DNA of 63,486 nt, filler included, from Octopus bimaculoides (GCF_001194135.2; 5 parts of 4 records of this genome joined end to end with filler, not necessarily neighbours in it); one strand, 5' to 3'. Numbered from the whole stretch's first letter, positions 1-10,925 are shown. Numbers and translations: made by a program. The notes: a model not told the origin generated them from the letters alone.

Positions 1-41
1 AAATGACTGAAACAAGTAAAAGAGTAAAAGAGTAAAGAGTA
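1..41 (+). mobile_element. 3' tail of tRNA-headed SINE family A (A1 tail), truncated by window start
   Basis: AAATGACTGAAACAAGTAAAAGAGTAAAAGAG matches the ends of the complete copies at 31889-32331, 53087-53491 and 56597-57003 (reverse strand). Confidence 0.65.
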
Positions 42-157
42 TATATTATGTAGGTAGTTAATGTAAATCCAGCTGTTTCCTCTTGAAGCACATCTGTGTA
101 TTCCATCACTACAATCCAATATTTAGTCTCACTTGCTGCTGTATATTAGTTCAATAT

Positions 158-300
158 CATCATCATCATCATCATCATCGTCGTTTAATGTCCGCTTTCC
201 ATGCTAGCATGGGTTGGACGATTTGACTGAGGACTGGTGAAACCGGATGGCAACACCAGGCTCCAATCTAATTTGGCAGAGTTTCTACAGAGTTTCTACA
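158..300 (-). mobile_element. SINE family A, RTE-type (GAT)n tail (A2 tail)
   Basis: Reverse complement of ...GTCCAACCCATGCTAGCATGGAA(A/G)GC..ACGTTAAACGATGATGATG seen at 12555-12715; also at 13345-13480, 40095-40160, 47840-47975 and 50270-50410. Confidence 0.75.
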
Positions 301-552
301 TATTAAAATTGAGAATTATGGAAATATCACTTGTAGAGTTATTGTATAACAATAACAGGAAATTGGAAGCTATCACATGTATTGCATTTGCTAATTGGAA
401 TTAACAAAGTTTTACATGTTAAATAGACATGTAAGAAATTTCCTAATGGAAATTCTTCAGACAGGAATTAAATAATACAAATTTTATGTTTGGATGAAGT
501 GTTTATATTTAGACAGTAATCAGGAGCAGCACAGACAGTTCCAGTGAAGGAA

Positions 553-609
553 GAGACACACACTTGTGCTGACATACATGCGCACACACACATATACACA
601 AACACACAC

Positions 610-662
<53 letters not shown>

Positions 663-850
663 CATATATATACATATACATGTATACATATATGCATATA
701 CATATATATCATAAATACACAAATATATATATACATGTACATATACATACACATACACAAATATATATATATATATGCACACACACACACATGCATACAT
801 ATATGCATGTGTGTGTGTGCGTGCGCGTGCACATACACACGCAGGGATGC
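553..850. repeat. Compound (CA)n/(TA)n/(TG)n microsatellite
   Basis: Directly visible dinucleotide tracts. Confidence 0.95.
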
Positions 851-1074
851 AGAGACAAACTGTAATTCCTATTAGCAAACGAAACATGTGTAATGGTAAA
901 TAAATAATACCAAAATATTTCCAATTTCCTGTTTTGTTTATTTGTGGCTGCATGCATGTGTGTGTGTGGCCATGTGTATGTATTCTCGTTCATTTGCTCA
1001 TTTTATATGTGGTAGCATAGGTTAGATGAATATCTATTCCCAGAAGATCCTAATACATTGTCTTATTACTTGGG

Positions 1075-1275
1075 GGAACTCGAGCCATTGAAGGAGTCTT
1101 TACATGGTTACCTGACTAGATGGAGATAGCTCCAAATGTCCCTCAGATCATACCGTGTACCTTAGAAAAATGGTAGGACACATTTGATAATGCAATCAAA
1201 TCCTGAGAATAAAATAAGATTGCATGTTCAAGACAGCAATAGTTACATTGGATCAAGGCTAAACAACAACAACAA
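1075..1275. mobile_element. Dispersed ~200-nt repeat family C; further copies at 2195-2342, 22060-22190, 48280-48430 and split at 52990-53590
   Basis: Shared blocks GCTAGAAATAGCAGCCAAATCTCCCTCAAAT..., GGA(C/T)ACATTGGATAA and a terminal (AAC)n, recognisable in degenerate form in each copy. Confidence 0.6.
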
Positions 1276-2802
1276 TATGAAAAAAGTCTGTACCAGCTCT
1301 GAAAATAGTTGTCTAACACATTACACAATTTCAAACAAAGGAAAAATATTGAAAACAATAAGTTATAGACTGAATTCTTAGATCAAACAGCTAAATTTGT
1401 ATGACAGCGAACCCTAAAAATTGTAAGATCATAACAGTACCACTGAGGGATGATATTTCATGAAAAATTGCAAAAAACCATTTACATGAAATACAAGCAA
1501 CTGATATGAATAGTTGCTTTCTAAAATATATGTTAGGAGACCTGAACAGTTTCATGTAATGTAGGTTATCATTTGATATAAGCTATTTATACACAACAGG
1601 TAATATACTTAAACATGTGGGAGGATACCTTAAGATAATGGTCACTAGTATGATTATGATTATATACATTAGATGATTATATACATTAGTAAAATTTCCA
1701 TGATTCAAAGGAACAGTGTGTGAACTTCATTGTTCTGATTTATATTTTACAGTTATAATATAAGAATTCTTAGTTGTCAAAAAAGATTCTTAAGCAGTTT
1801 GTCTTCCAGCCTACTTGCTCCTTATCAGTCCAATATAAGCTTGCCTTTGGAGAAGACATTTCTATTTATGCCAAAGATATATCTAATTGATCAAATTGCT
1901 TGCAACTTCCAAATGGAAAATGAATACTCAACAGTACAATAGAGTATTCATAATCTATTATATGAATCTTCTATTGAACAATATAGCCTGAGTACAATAG
2001 AGTATTCATATAACAGAGTATGAATACTCCATTGTACAGGCTTGTACAGCAATGGTAATGAAAACAATCTGTCTAATCCACCAAATGGTCAGAATTTTTA
2101 TGGAAAATCCATGTAGAAGCTGACTATTGTGTCTACTACATGTCTACTACATGTCTCATACATGTAAACCAACATCATAAATTACTTAACAAGAGAACCT
2201 GCTACAAATAGCAAGCCAGACTTCACCTTCTTGAACAAAGAAGGACACACTGGATAACGTAATCCCAGAAAGAGAAGACAGTCATGGCTGGGATACCTTT
2301 GATTATAGATTTGCTCAATCCAAGTCCAACCTAACAACAATATTATTATCATAAGTACCATAGCCTAAGAGACTTTCCGACTGATTCCTCTGCAACTGAT
2401 TTGTGCATTCTTTCACAGCCAAACCATAAACATGTGCATTATCATGAAACGAAGGTTATCAGCAAAGAGTAGGTTATCATTATATGTAGATTATAGATAT
2501 CATGATCAAAATTTTATGCCTGTTTTCTGTGCTGGTAGAGTTTGGATGGGTCATCATAGTATGAGCAAATTCTTATTCGCAATTATTTCCTTTGTAGATG
2601 GGTTGGGAACAAATCTCACTTGTATGTTCCATTTCTGGCATGGATGCTCAACAAGGTGTGATAATGTGATAAGGAAAGGAGTAATGTGAGAGAGGGAGTA
2701 ATGTAATAGATTGCAATGATGATGAGTACTGGTGAGGGATTGAGAGAGAATGTAAATGAGTGATGCATAAGAACAGGGACGAGCAACTGTGCATGTTTGT
2801 GC

Positions 2803-2811
<9 letters not shown>

Positions 2812-2890
<79 letters not shown>
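2812..2890. repeat. (GA)n microsatellite
   Basis: Long, nearly pure GA tract. Confidence 0.97.
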
Positions 2891-2895
<5 letters not shown>

Positions 2896-3419
2896 TGATA
2901 GAAAGGGATGACCTGGAAGAGAAGGAGTGATGACTAACAATACGGAAGAAAGATGTGAAGGGACATTAAATATGGAGGGGTCCAGTGCCATTCCTTATTC
3001 CACACACACACAATGCCAGCATGGAAAACAGACATTAAATGATGATGACGTTGGTGATGTATATGTTGTCTGTTACTGTTTCCATCAATGCTACCATTTT
3101 GGTGGGTTTTCTTTTATGTCTCAGTCAGAAGAAGACAGGCTTCTCCCATGATCTTTTGCATGGCCCCTAATATTAATAGAAGTGGGAAAGGTAAGAAGAA
3201 ACTACAACTTAGTGGCTATCCTCAGACAAGGATCCTGGTCTAAATACTCACAACAAACTATATTCTAAGGGCCAGCTGGTGGTGATGGAACTGGACAACA
3301 TACAAATCTCTTTGACCATAATTTGCTCCAAAGCTATATATGCCACATCCCAGTACTTTACTACTTTACCTTCTATGGGTTTTTCCCTGCCTCTAAGGCT
3401 TGACAAAGCATTATAAACA

Positions 3420-3875
3420 GTGTTTTGTTGAGGCAACAAAGAAACCTTTATGCAGTCTCTTGACCTGCTAGAAATGGCTGCAAAATCTAATTACAATTCA
3501 CATCCAACTCTCTTCCAAAGATTTCATCTGGAGAAAGGGGCTCTGTCCATGGCCTCCACAGGCCCTCTGAGGCCAATGATATTGATAAGATTAATGTTCC
3601 TCTAAATAGCTGTAGCAAAATCTTGAGCAGGGATGGAATTCCCAAGAGCTGACATCCAGAGAAGGATGCAAATACTGGTTAGTACAGTGTCTGGTTGTGT
3701 GGGGAAGCGGAAACACAATTTGAGTGATAAGAGGAGAGACAAATGAGCCAGGAGTGGAAAAGCCATGAAACCATTGTAATCATAGATGAACAATAGATAA
3801 TCATGAAAAGAATGCTTTTGTTCATATGATTGTATCATTAAGGATGACCTGAGGTTAAATGACAATAACAAGTCT
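3420..3875 (-). mobile_element. CR1-like LINE ORF2 C-terminus and 3' UTR, degenerate
   Basis: Minus-strand frames give ..YNGF..RHCTNQY..MSALGNSIPAQDF..RNINLIN, resembling the CR1-type ORF2 end (RTNHY..FFPRTS.LWNSLP..VF). Paralogous to 10030-10425. Confidence 0.6.
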
Positions 3876-4089
3876 TTCTGTTCAGTTAGTGGTCAGTAGT
3901 AAACTTTTGAAATACATTCAATCTTTGTCGGACACCCAAGACAACCAAATAATTTTGACCTCTTCAATACCATTTCTTTAATTTTTGTTGATTTGTTTGG
4001 TTTAGCTGTTATAGATAAGACCATAATGGAGCAACACCTTTGGCACATAACTTATGACAGTTAGTAATCTGGCATAAGATCAACCCAAT

Positions 4090-4250
4090 GCTCAATTGGT
4101 ACTTATTTTATTGACTCCAGAAGAATGAAAAGCAAAGTTGATCTGGGCAGAATTTGAACTCAGAACTTAAGGAACTGGGAAAAAGATAATGCTAAACATT
4201 TTTTTTTTTTTGTCTGAAGTACCAACAATTCTGCTAGCTTACTACCCTAA
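4090..4250 (-). mobile_element. SINE family B (Meta-domain-like core), degenerate
   Basis: Reverse complement of TTCTGAGTTCAAATT..GTCGACTTTGCCTTTCATCCTTT..GGGGTCGATAAATTAAGTACC. Confidence 0.7.
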
Positions 4251-4614
4251 TAATGAACTACTAATGACTTGAATTCTTCTAAGTCCTTGATATGAGATTA
4301 ATTACACATGTGGGTTTACTAAGTATTAACAGGATTGCGCTGCCCATTCATAGGCAATACTCTTAATAACACATTGGGTTATCTAGGCAACAAAAGAGAC
4401 ACATCACAATTTAAATTAATTTGGGTTCTGTATAAAATAATATTCGTCATTGAACAATACTGCTTTGTTCTTCGGTGCATAAATATTTCTTATTAGCTTT
4501 TTAATGTTTACTGCAGTAAACGTTTGGGAAGGTCTCTGGTTTGAGGATAGCTTCCTTTATCCAGTCTCAGAAAATCTGGAAAAGGTCATGAATGTTGCCT
4601 TTCCTTCCTTGACA

Positions 4615-5417
4615 AAGTACAAGCAAACCAGCAAGCCAACAATCCAGCTAACCAGTGAGCAAGCAAGTGAGCCAAAAATCAAGCAAACCAGCAAGCCGAA
4701 ACCAAACAAACCAGCAAGCAATCAGGCAAGCCAACAAGCTAGCCAGCCATTTTCTCTGCCCATTACTCATGGGAGGGTTGTTGCAGTATAGTCCTCAGGC
4801 ACCTCCTCCATAGGGTCTTGTCAGAAGCAACTGCCATTAGACTTTCCCACTGGATTCCCAAGCATGACCAACTGAGACTATAGATGTTATCCAATCATCT
4901 CATTCTTGGTCTACCCCTAGGTGTTCTGCTGGTTGGCTTGGTTTGAAGACTTTGTCTTGCAATTTTCTTCTGACAACATTCTAATCACATGTCCATAGTA
5001 CTGGAGCTGTGATCTCTCAATGTGGAGGAGTAGTAGCTTGAACTGGAGACACTCCTTTATCTCTAAGCTACACACCATGTTGAGTAACAATATTCCAGAG
5101 AATTGGTCCACCCAAGAAAGTCCTCCCTGCATACTCTGCAGGTTATGGGAACATCACTGAGACACATGGAGAAGTTTAAGTATTTGAGGGCCATATTCAT
5201 GAGTGATGGAAAACTGGAGGCTGAATTGGATGATAGAATTGCCAATACTAGCACAGTAATGTGCCAACCTCAGCATTCAATGCTCAAAAGTTGAGAGGTT
5301 GGTACAAAATTCAAACTTGCTACTTTCAGTTTAGTTTTCATGTTTATTCTCTCCTATGGTTATGAAAGTTGAGAAATGACCAAAAGAGTAAAATCATGAA
5401 TACAAGTGGCCGAATGA
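4615..5417 (-). mobile_element. RTE-clade (Expander/Rex3-like) LINE 3' fragment with inverted 5' part
   Basis: Plus 5101-5417: MEKFKYLRAIFMSDGKLEAELDDRIA..ILSYGYES*EMTKRVKS*IQVAE. Minus 5100-4750: LLLHIERSQLQYYGHVIRM..PTSRTPRGRPRMR*LDNI..LWRRCLRTILQQPSHE. A degenerate GGCT/GCTT tail follows at 4615-4750. Confidence 0.85.
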
Positions 5418-5766
5418 CTAATTAAAAGAAAAAACAAAAAACAAAAGGGAAATGAATGAAAATGGGAACACTACCCTCGTTATATTATCATTTTTCAAGC
5501 AGATAGCATCCATGAATAATTTCCCTCCATAATATATTCAAACAGAACACGAGTTAGTTAAACAGTTCTATATTGCTGTTTACAATGATTAACAACTTCC
5601 ATCATATTTACTATTTACTCATAGATACTGTGCTATTCTGCTCAGTTTAATAATTGAGATAACATCCAGATTAACATGGTTGACATTTGAATTACAAACA
5701 AATAAGTTCTACTAGATTAACTACAATAAAAGCCAGGGATATAATTTTATATGAATATACATAAAA

Positions 5767-6470
5767 GTGCAAGTGTGGCTGTGTGGTAAGAACTTTGCTC
5801 CCGATTCTGGGTTCAGTTCCACCGTGTGGTACCATAGGCAAATGTCTTCTAATGGTTTGTTTCCTACTATATCAGTCTTGGTTGCACTATATGTAAATAG
5901 TTTTGCAGTGATATGTAAAATGTGTAACAATGATTGGAATAGTACTGTAGCAATAAGTAGAGTAGTTTTGTAGTAATATGTATTGTAGCAGTGTAGTAAT
6001 TATGTAGAATGGTACTATAATAATAGGCATCCCAACTGAGCTTTTCATTCCTGTTCAGCCCTAGGATGACCAAAGCATTTTGAGTGAATTTGGTAGACAA
6101 AAACTGAAAGTAGCCACTCTGTGTGTGTGTGTGTGTGTATGTGTGTGTGTGCGTGTGTGTGTGCATGCACATGCATGTGTGTGTGTGTGTGTGCATGTAT
6201 ATGTATATGTATCTGTATGCAGGCATATATATTACTTTCTCCTTGTCTTGACATCATGTGATAATTGTAAAGGAGTGAACTGTCATGCAAGTTGTGTCTT
6301 TCATTTTCCATATTCTTTGGAAACATGCCTGCTTATGGGGAAATGTAACAGGTGAGGGTTAGTGACTGGAAGGGCATCTGCCCACAGAAAATCTGCCTCA
6401 ACAAATTCTGTCTGAGTACTGAACAGTGGACATTAAAACAATGATGATTATGATGATGCTGATTATGATG
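5767..6470 (+). mobile_element. SINE family A with A2 tail, interrupted by a ~200-bp insertion (5853-6055)
   Basis: Head GTGGCTGTGTGGTAAG..GGTTCAG..GGCAAATGTCTTCTA stops at about 5850 and resumes at about 6056 (GCCCTAGGATGACCAAAGC..TTTGGTAGAC); an internal (TG)n tract and a GATGAT tail follow. Confidence 0.75.
5853..6055 (+). repeat. Left arm of ~200-bp inverted repeat
   Basis: Reverse complement of 7655-7825 joined to 9064-9112, about 90% identical by eye. Confidence 0.9.
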
Positions 6471-6589
6471 ATATATATAACAGCTTCTAGAAGGCACAAA
6501 GAGCAATATCTGATTCTAACTCCACAGAATTAAATGGGTGAGTAATAGAAGTTAATATTCCCTGACAATCTGATTTACTTCTGAATCTT

Positions 6590-7335
6590 TCCATGGTCAC
6601 TCAATTTGTTAAAGATAGTAGCCAAATCTCTTCAAATCATACCCAACCATGCTGAAAAAGGGAAGGACATATTGGACAAAGTATTACTAGATAGATATAC
6701 ATAAAAAAATAGGATGGTCCTGGTTAGACTATCCTTGATTGCAGAGCTGAATTGAAGCTAAATAATAACCTAGATGGACTTAGGCAAGTTGAATTAAATA
6801 TATTGCCCGATTACACTTCTGCAATGGATTTGAACTCAAAATTTATGAAGCAGTAGTCCAGTATCAGATCTACTCACAATTCTACTGTGAAATACTAAGA
6901 TGGTGTGAGTCAAAGTACGAGCCTCTACATGGCCAGTCAGCCTGTGAGAAATAGAATCCAAATCTCCCTCAACTTACAGTGTGCTACCTTAAAAAAAGGA
7001 AGGATGTATTGGATAATGTAGATTTAGGTACTTTACATCTAAATAAAAGACTGGTTACAACAGGAACATCTTCGATCTAAGTCCAATGGATCAAAATGGG
7101 CCTGGTGTTAAACAACAATGTCAATGAAGGAACCTCTATATGCTGAAAACAATAGCTAAATTTTATTAAAATCATGGCTTACCATCTTCAAAAAGGAATG
7201 ACAATTGGATAACAAAGTCCTAGACACATTGTGTCTGAGAAAAAAAAAAGAAAGAAAAAAAGAAAATATGCTCAGCTGTAATATCTTTGATCAGAGGTTT
7301 CATGGATTATAGCTAACCCACGGGACCAAACAACA
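6590..7335. mobile_element. Three same-orientation degenerate copies of family C (about 6590-6770, 6920-7116, 7128-7335)
   Basis: Each carries CCAAATCTC.CTCAA / GGA....ATTGGA.AA..A / CTTTGAT / (AAC)n blocks. Confidence 0.6.
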
Positions 7336-7823
7336 ATTAAAACTGTGAAGGTCAACTAAATCCACCATCCACTCATTTAAAACAGGATGAACTTTATGTC
7401 TCAGAATGAAATGATAACACAAAGTACATCTCTGATAGACATAAATCAATAATGGAATAAATTTATGGTAAGTTTTATAGCATCTGCTAAAAAAAAAAAA
7501 GGAAAATTATGAGGAAACATAGCAACAACAACTGAAACAAAAACAAAATAATTCTTAAATAGCTGTCATGTCTGAATAATCTAAAGGAAGGGAAATGAAG
7601 AGATGGAGAATTAGTGATTTCCCAAGAGCATCAGTGCATTGAGTGCATTCGCTTCAAACAAGAATGAAAAACTCAGTTGTGAACTCAATATGGTGCCTAT
7701 TATTACAGTACCATTCTACATAATTACTACACTGCTACAATACATTTTACAACAAAACTACTCTACTTATTGTTGCAGTACTATTCCAATTATTGTTACA
7801 TATTTTACATATCACTGCAAAAC

Positions 7824-9063
7824 TATTGAGTCATCCCATAATGTAGTTTTTTTATACTTCTTTTATTTTTCGAAATTAAGATAAACAAAGTTCTTTTTTA
7901 ATCTGAAATATATTCTCATTCATTTTTTACAATTCTCTTCCATCTATCTGGTAGACTTGCAAGGCCCCTCTTCCAAAATTCACTTGCCCTTGATGAAAAA
8001 TACTCCTCCAGTACTGTTCTGACCTCGTCTACAGAATTCATATTTTTTCCGTCCAAATGATTTTGAAGACTGCAGAATAAATGATAATCAGTTGAGGCAA
8101 TGTCTGGCAAATACAGTGGGTGGGGTATCATTTCCAATTCAAACTGCTCCAGCCTTTGGAATATCATCTTCACTGTATGTGACCGAGCATTATCTTGATG
8201 GAAGAATACCTTTCATCTTGAAACAAAAGATGGTTGTTTTTCTTCAAGTACTGACTTAAGCTGCTCAAGCTGCTTGCAGTAGATCTTTCTTATCATTTGG
8301 ATTAGGTTTAAAAGTCCAAAGTGGACTATACCTTTCATATCCTATCAAACAGATAATACCTTACGTGGGTGAAGACCTTCTTTAGCCTGGGATGCTGGCG
8401 TTTCTCCTTTCCCTACTCAATGTCTTCAGTACTTGACATTTCTCATCACCAGTCACTATTTGGTCCAAAAAAGGTTCATTCGTGAGATGTGACAACAAAG
8501 AAGTGCACACATTCACTCTCTGCATGTGATTAGACTCAGAAAGTATGTGAGGAACTCAATGGCTTGATGGCATGCAGGTGTGGTTGAATGGTTGAATGAC
8601 CAAATTCAAGCTTCTCTGCTAGTTCCTCAACAGTTATGGTGGGATTTTGTTCTACCATGATTTGCAGGACATCCTCATTGAGCTCTACAGATCTTCCAGG
8701 ATGAGGCTCATCTTCTAGGCTGTAGTTTCTGGCTCTGAATGTCTGAAACCATTACTGACACTGGCTTATGCTTATTGTCTGATCCCTATATACTGCATTA
8801 ATATTCCTCGCACTTTCTATTGTGTTGTTCCCTTTATTGAATTCATAAAGCAAAATATGCCGAATATGCTCCTTTGTCACTTCCATTATAGCTTTGAAAA
8901 AATAACTGTTAAAATTGAACTGCGCTCTTCAAAACTTGCACTAAGAATAAGGACAAAGTAAAATTATGTTCTTTTATAGCAAGTTGATGCAGGTATTTTG
9001 TCCCCCTCTGACTTTTAGTTCATGCAATTGAAAAAACCGTATTATTTATAGGATGACCCAGTA
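7824..9063 (-). mobile_element. Near full-length mariner (Tc1/mariner) DNA transposon, ~1.24 kb, TA target-site duplication
   Basis: Imperfect TIRs TA-TTGAGTCATCCCATAA..TGTAGTTTTTT (7824) and TA-CTGGGTCATCCTATAAATAATACGGTTTTTT (reverse complement ending at 9063), enclosing a disrupted transposase. Confidence 0.95.
7898..8886 (-). pseudogene. Mariner transposase pseudogene (stops, frameshifts, WVPH region deleted)
   Basis: MEVTKEHIRHILLYEFNKGNN..EDEPHPGRS..ELAEKL.. at the N-terminus; FHQDNARSH and HPLYLPDIASTDYHLFCSLQNHLDGK (YSPDLAPSDYHLF-like motif) near the C-terminus. Confidence 0.93.
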
Positions 9064-9807
9064 TTTACATATAGTGCAACCAACCAAGACTGACTTAGTA
9101 TGAAACAAACCAGCTATTTTATAGATTTTATCAAAATATGTGTCTATTTTCTTAATAAACAATACAAGCATATAGCTTCATAGATCAGAAGCTGGACTAA
9201 CAAGATTTCAATACTCCACAGGTGAACTTTGCTTGTGTGTGTGAGTGTGTGTGTGTGTTTGAGAGAGAGAAGGAGAGAGAGCACAGTATGACCTAATTTA
9301 AGTGTTCTAATTGTCAGTGAGCAGGGAGTTGTGATAATTGAAGAACAGGCTAGACTAGAGATTGAAAGTGCTGAAGGTAGATATGGAAAAAAAAAAAAAA
9401 TTGGTGCATTAGCAAAGTCATTGGGGCATCAGATAAAATGTCTAGTGGTATTTAGTTATGGCTTCTTACTTTCTGAAATTTAAATATCATCAACATCAAC
9501 TTTGCTTTTCATCTTTCTGATGAGGTCAATAAAGAAAAAACACTGATCAAGTAATGGCATTGATTTAAATTTCTATAATGCATTCCAACATAATATATGT
9601 GAATGGAATTTATAAAAGAAGACAAATTTTTTAAAAAGTTCAAAGACTTAAAAATTTTTTTTTTCCTGTTTCTGAAATGTGATTGTAACTTTTTCTTTTT
9701 CTCAGACTTGGTAAGTCTGGAGGAAGAAGCATTGCCCATAACTTCTGCAGGCCCCACCAAGATCAGTGAGCTTCATGCCTTTAATGTTCCCTTATCATTA
9801 AAATGTT

Positions 9808-10022
9808 TAAGGTGGTGAGCTGGCAGAATCATTAGCATGCTAGGCTAAATGCTTAGTGGCATTTTGTCTGTCTTTACATTCTGAGTTCAAATTCAGTCAA
9901 GGTTGACTTTGCCTTTCATCCTTTTGGGGTCATTAAATTAAGTACCTGTCAAGTACTGGGGTCAATGTGATTGACTATTCCCCCTCCCCACAAATTCCAG
10001 GCTTTTGCCTATATTAGAAAGG
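9808..10022 (+). mobile_element. SINE family B, CpG-decayed copy
   Basis: GGTGGTGAGCTGGCAGAATCATTAGCATG..TTCTGAGTTCAAATT..GACTTTGCCTTTCATCCTTTTGGGGTC..AAGTACC. Confidence 0.85.
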
Positions 10023-10029
10023 GTTGTAA

Positions 10030-10425
10030 TTAAACTATTGTAGGTCTGCCTCCATAGGAAAGACATGAGTGATAAGGTTCTGAAGGATCAAAGTTCTGAG
10101 GAAGAAGACCTGGGTATAATGGTTAGTGTGCAGCAGAGGCGTTGGGAGCACCAAGAGTAAGGAGAGGTGGAACAATGAGTGGATCAGAAGAACCTGAATG
10201 CCAATGTACCAAAACAACCCAGCTCTGAGGAACAGAAGTAATGACAGAAAAGACAGCAAACTTGCAGGTGAGAGGCTGAAGCATATCCATTTGTGACTGA
10301 ATTTCAGTCAGTCAAACAGCCCTTGTTTGGATGCAGTTCAGGATGTATGTGTGTGTAGTAGCAACAGCACTATTCCAGATATGGGAGTAGTACTCCGTTT
10401 TAGGACTCACTTGAGCTCTATAGAG
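10030..10425 (-). mobile_element. CR1-like LINE ORF2 C-terminal remnant
   Basis: Minus frames give PKTEYYSHIWNSAVA..ILNCIQTRAV..MLQPL..CTNHYTQVFFLRTLILQNLITHVFP..DLQ. Confidence 0.7.
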
Positions 10426-10759
10426 GGTCAGTAACTGATAAGGGTTAAAATATTTTCTAACACTCATCAACATATTTAATGTTGTCAGCATCCAAACTTA
10501 TGTGGTGAGGAAAAGACAACATTAGCTAATTCATTTTATCAATGATAAAGGTCCTTTAGCAATGGAAGTATAACCCTTTTTATACCAATCCATCTGAGAC
10601 TGGTTCTATGACACAAGATCAGTTTTTTGAAGGTGCATGTATTTCAATTTAAAACTTCATAATTCTCTGTATAAAAAAAACCTTTCAAGTTACATGCCAA
10701 ATACAGTTTTAATAATCAATTCTAGTTTAGATACAGTTAGCAACTTTTTTGCAAGAAGG

Positions 10760-10925
10760 GATTAGTTGATTACATTAACCCCAGTATGTAACTGGTAGTT
10801 CAATTTATTGAGCCCAGGACAAGAGCCAAACTTGGTCTCAGCAAGATTTGAACTTCACATACATAGAACCACAACAAATACCATGAAGCATATTTTCTGA
10901 TGCTCTACTGGTTCTGCTATCGCTC
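10760..10925 (-). mobile_element. SINE family B, degenerate
   Basis: GATTACATTAACCCCAGT..ACTGGTA.TT.AATTTATTGA..GATTTGAACT matches the family B reverse strand. Confidence 0.6.

Larger units (their letters stand above)
7655..9112 (-). repeat. Right arm of inverted repeat (7655-7825 + 9064-9112), split by the mariner
   Basis: Removing 7826-9063 restores ...GCAAAACTA|TTTACATATAGTGCAACC..., the reverse complement of 5880-5907. Confidence 0.88.

Noticed and set aside
468-993. Long ORFs rich in YI/HT/CV dipeptides here and throughout the window
   Set aside because: Translations of (TA)n/(CA)n/(TG)n microsatellites, which lack stop codons in several frames; no domain content.
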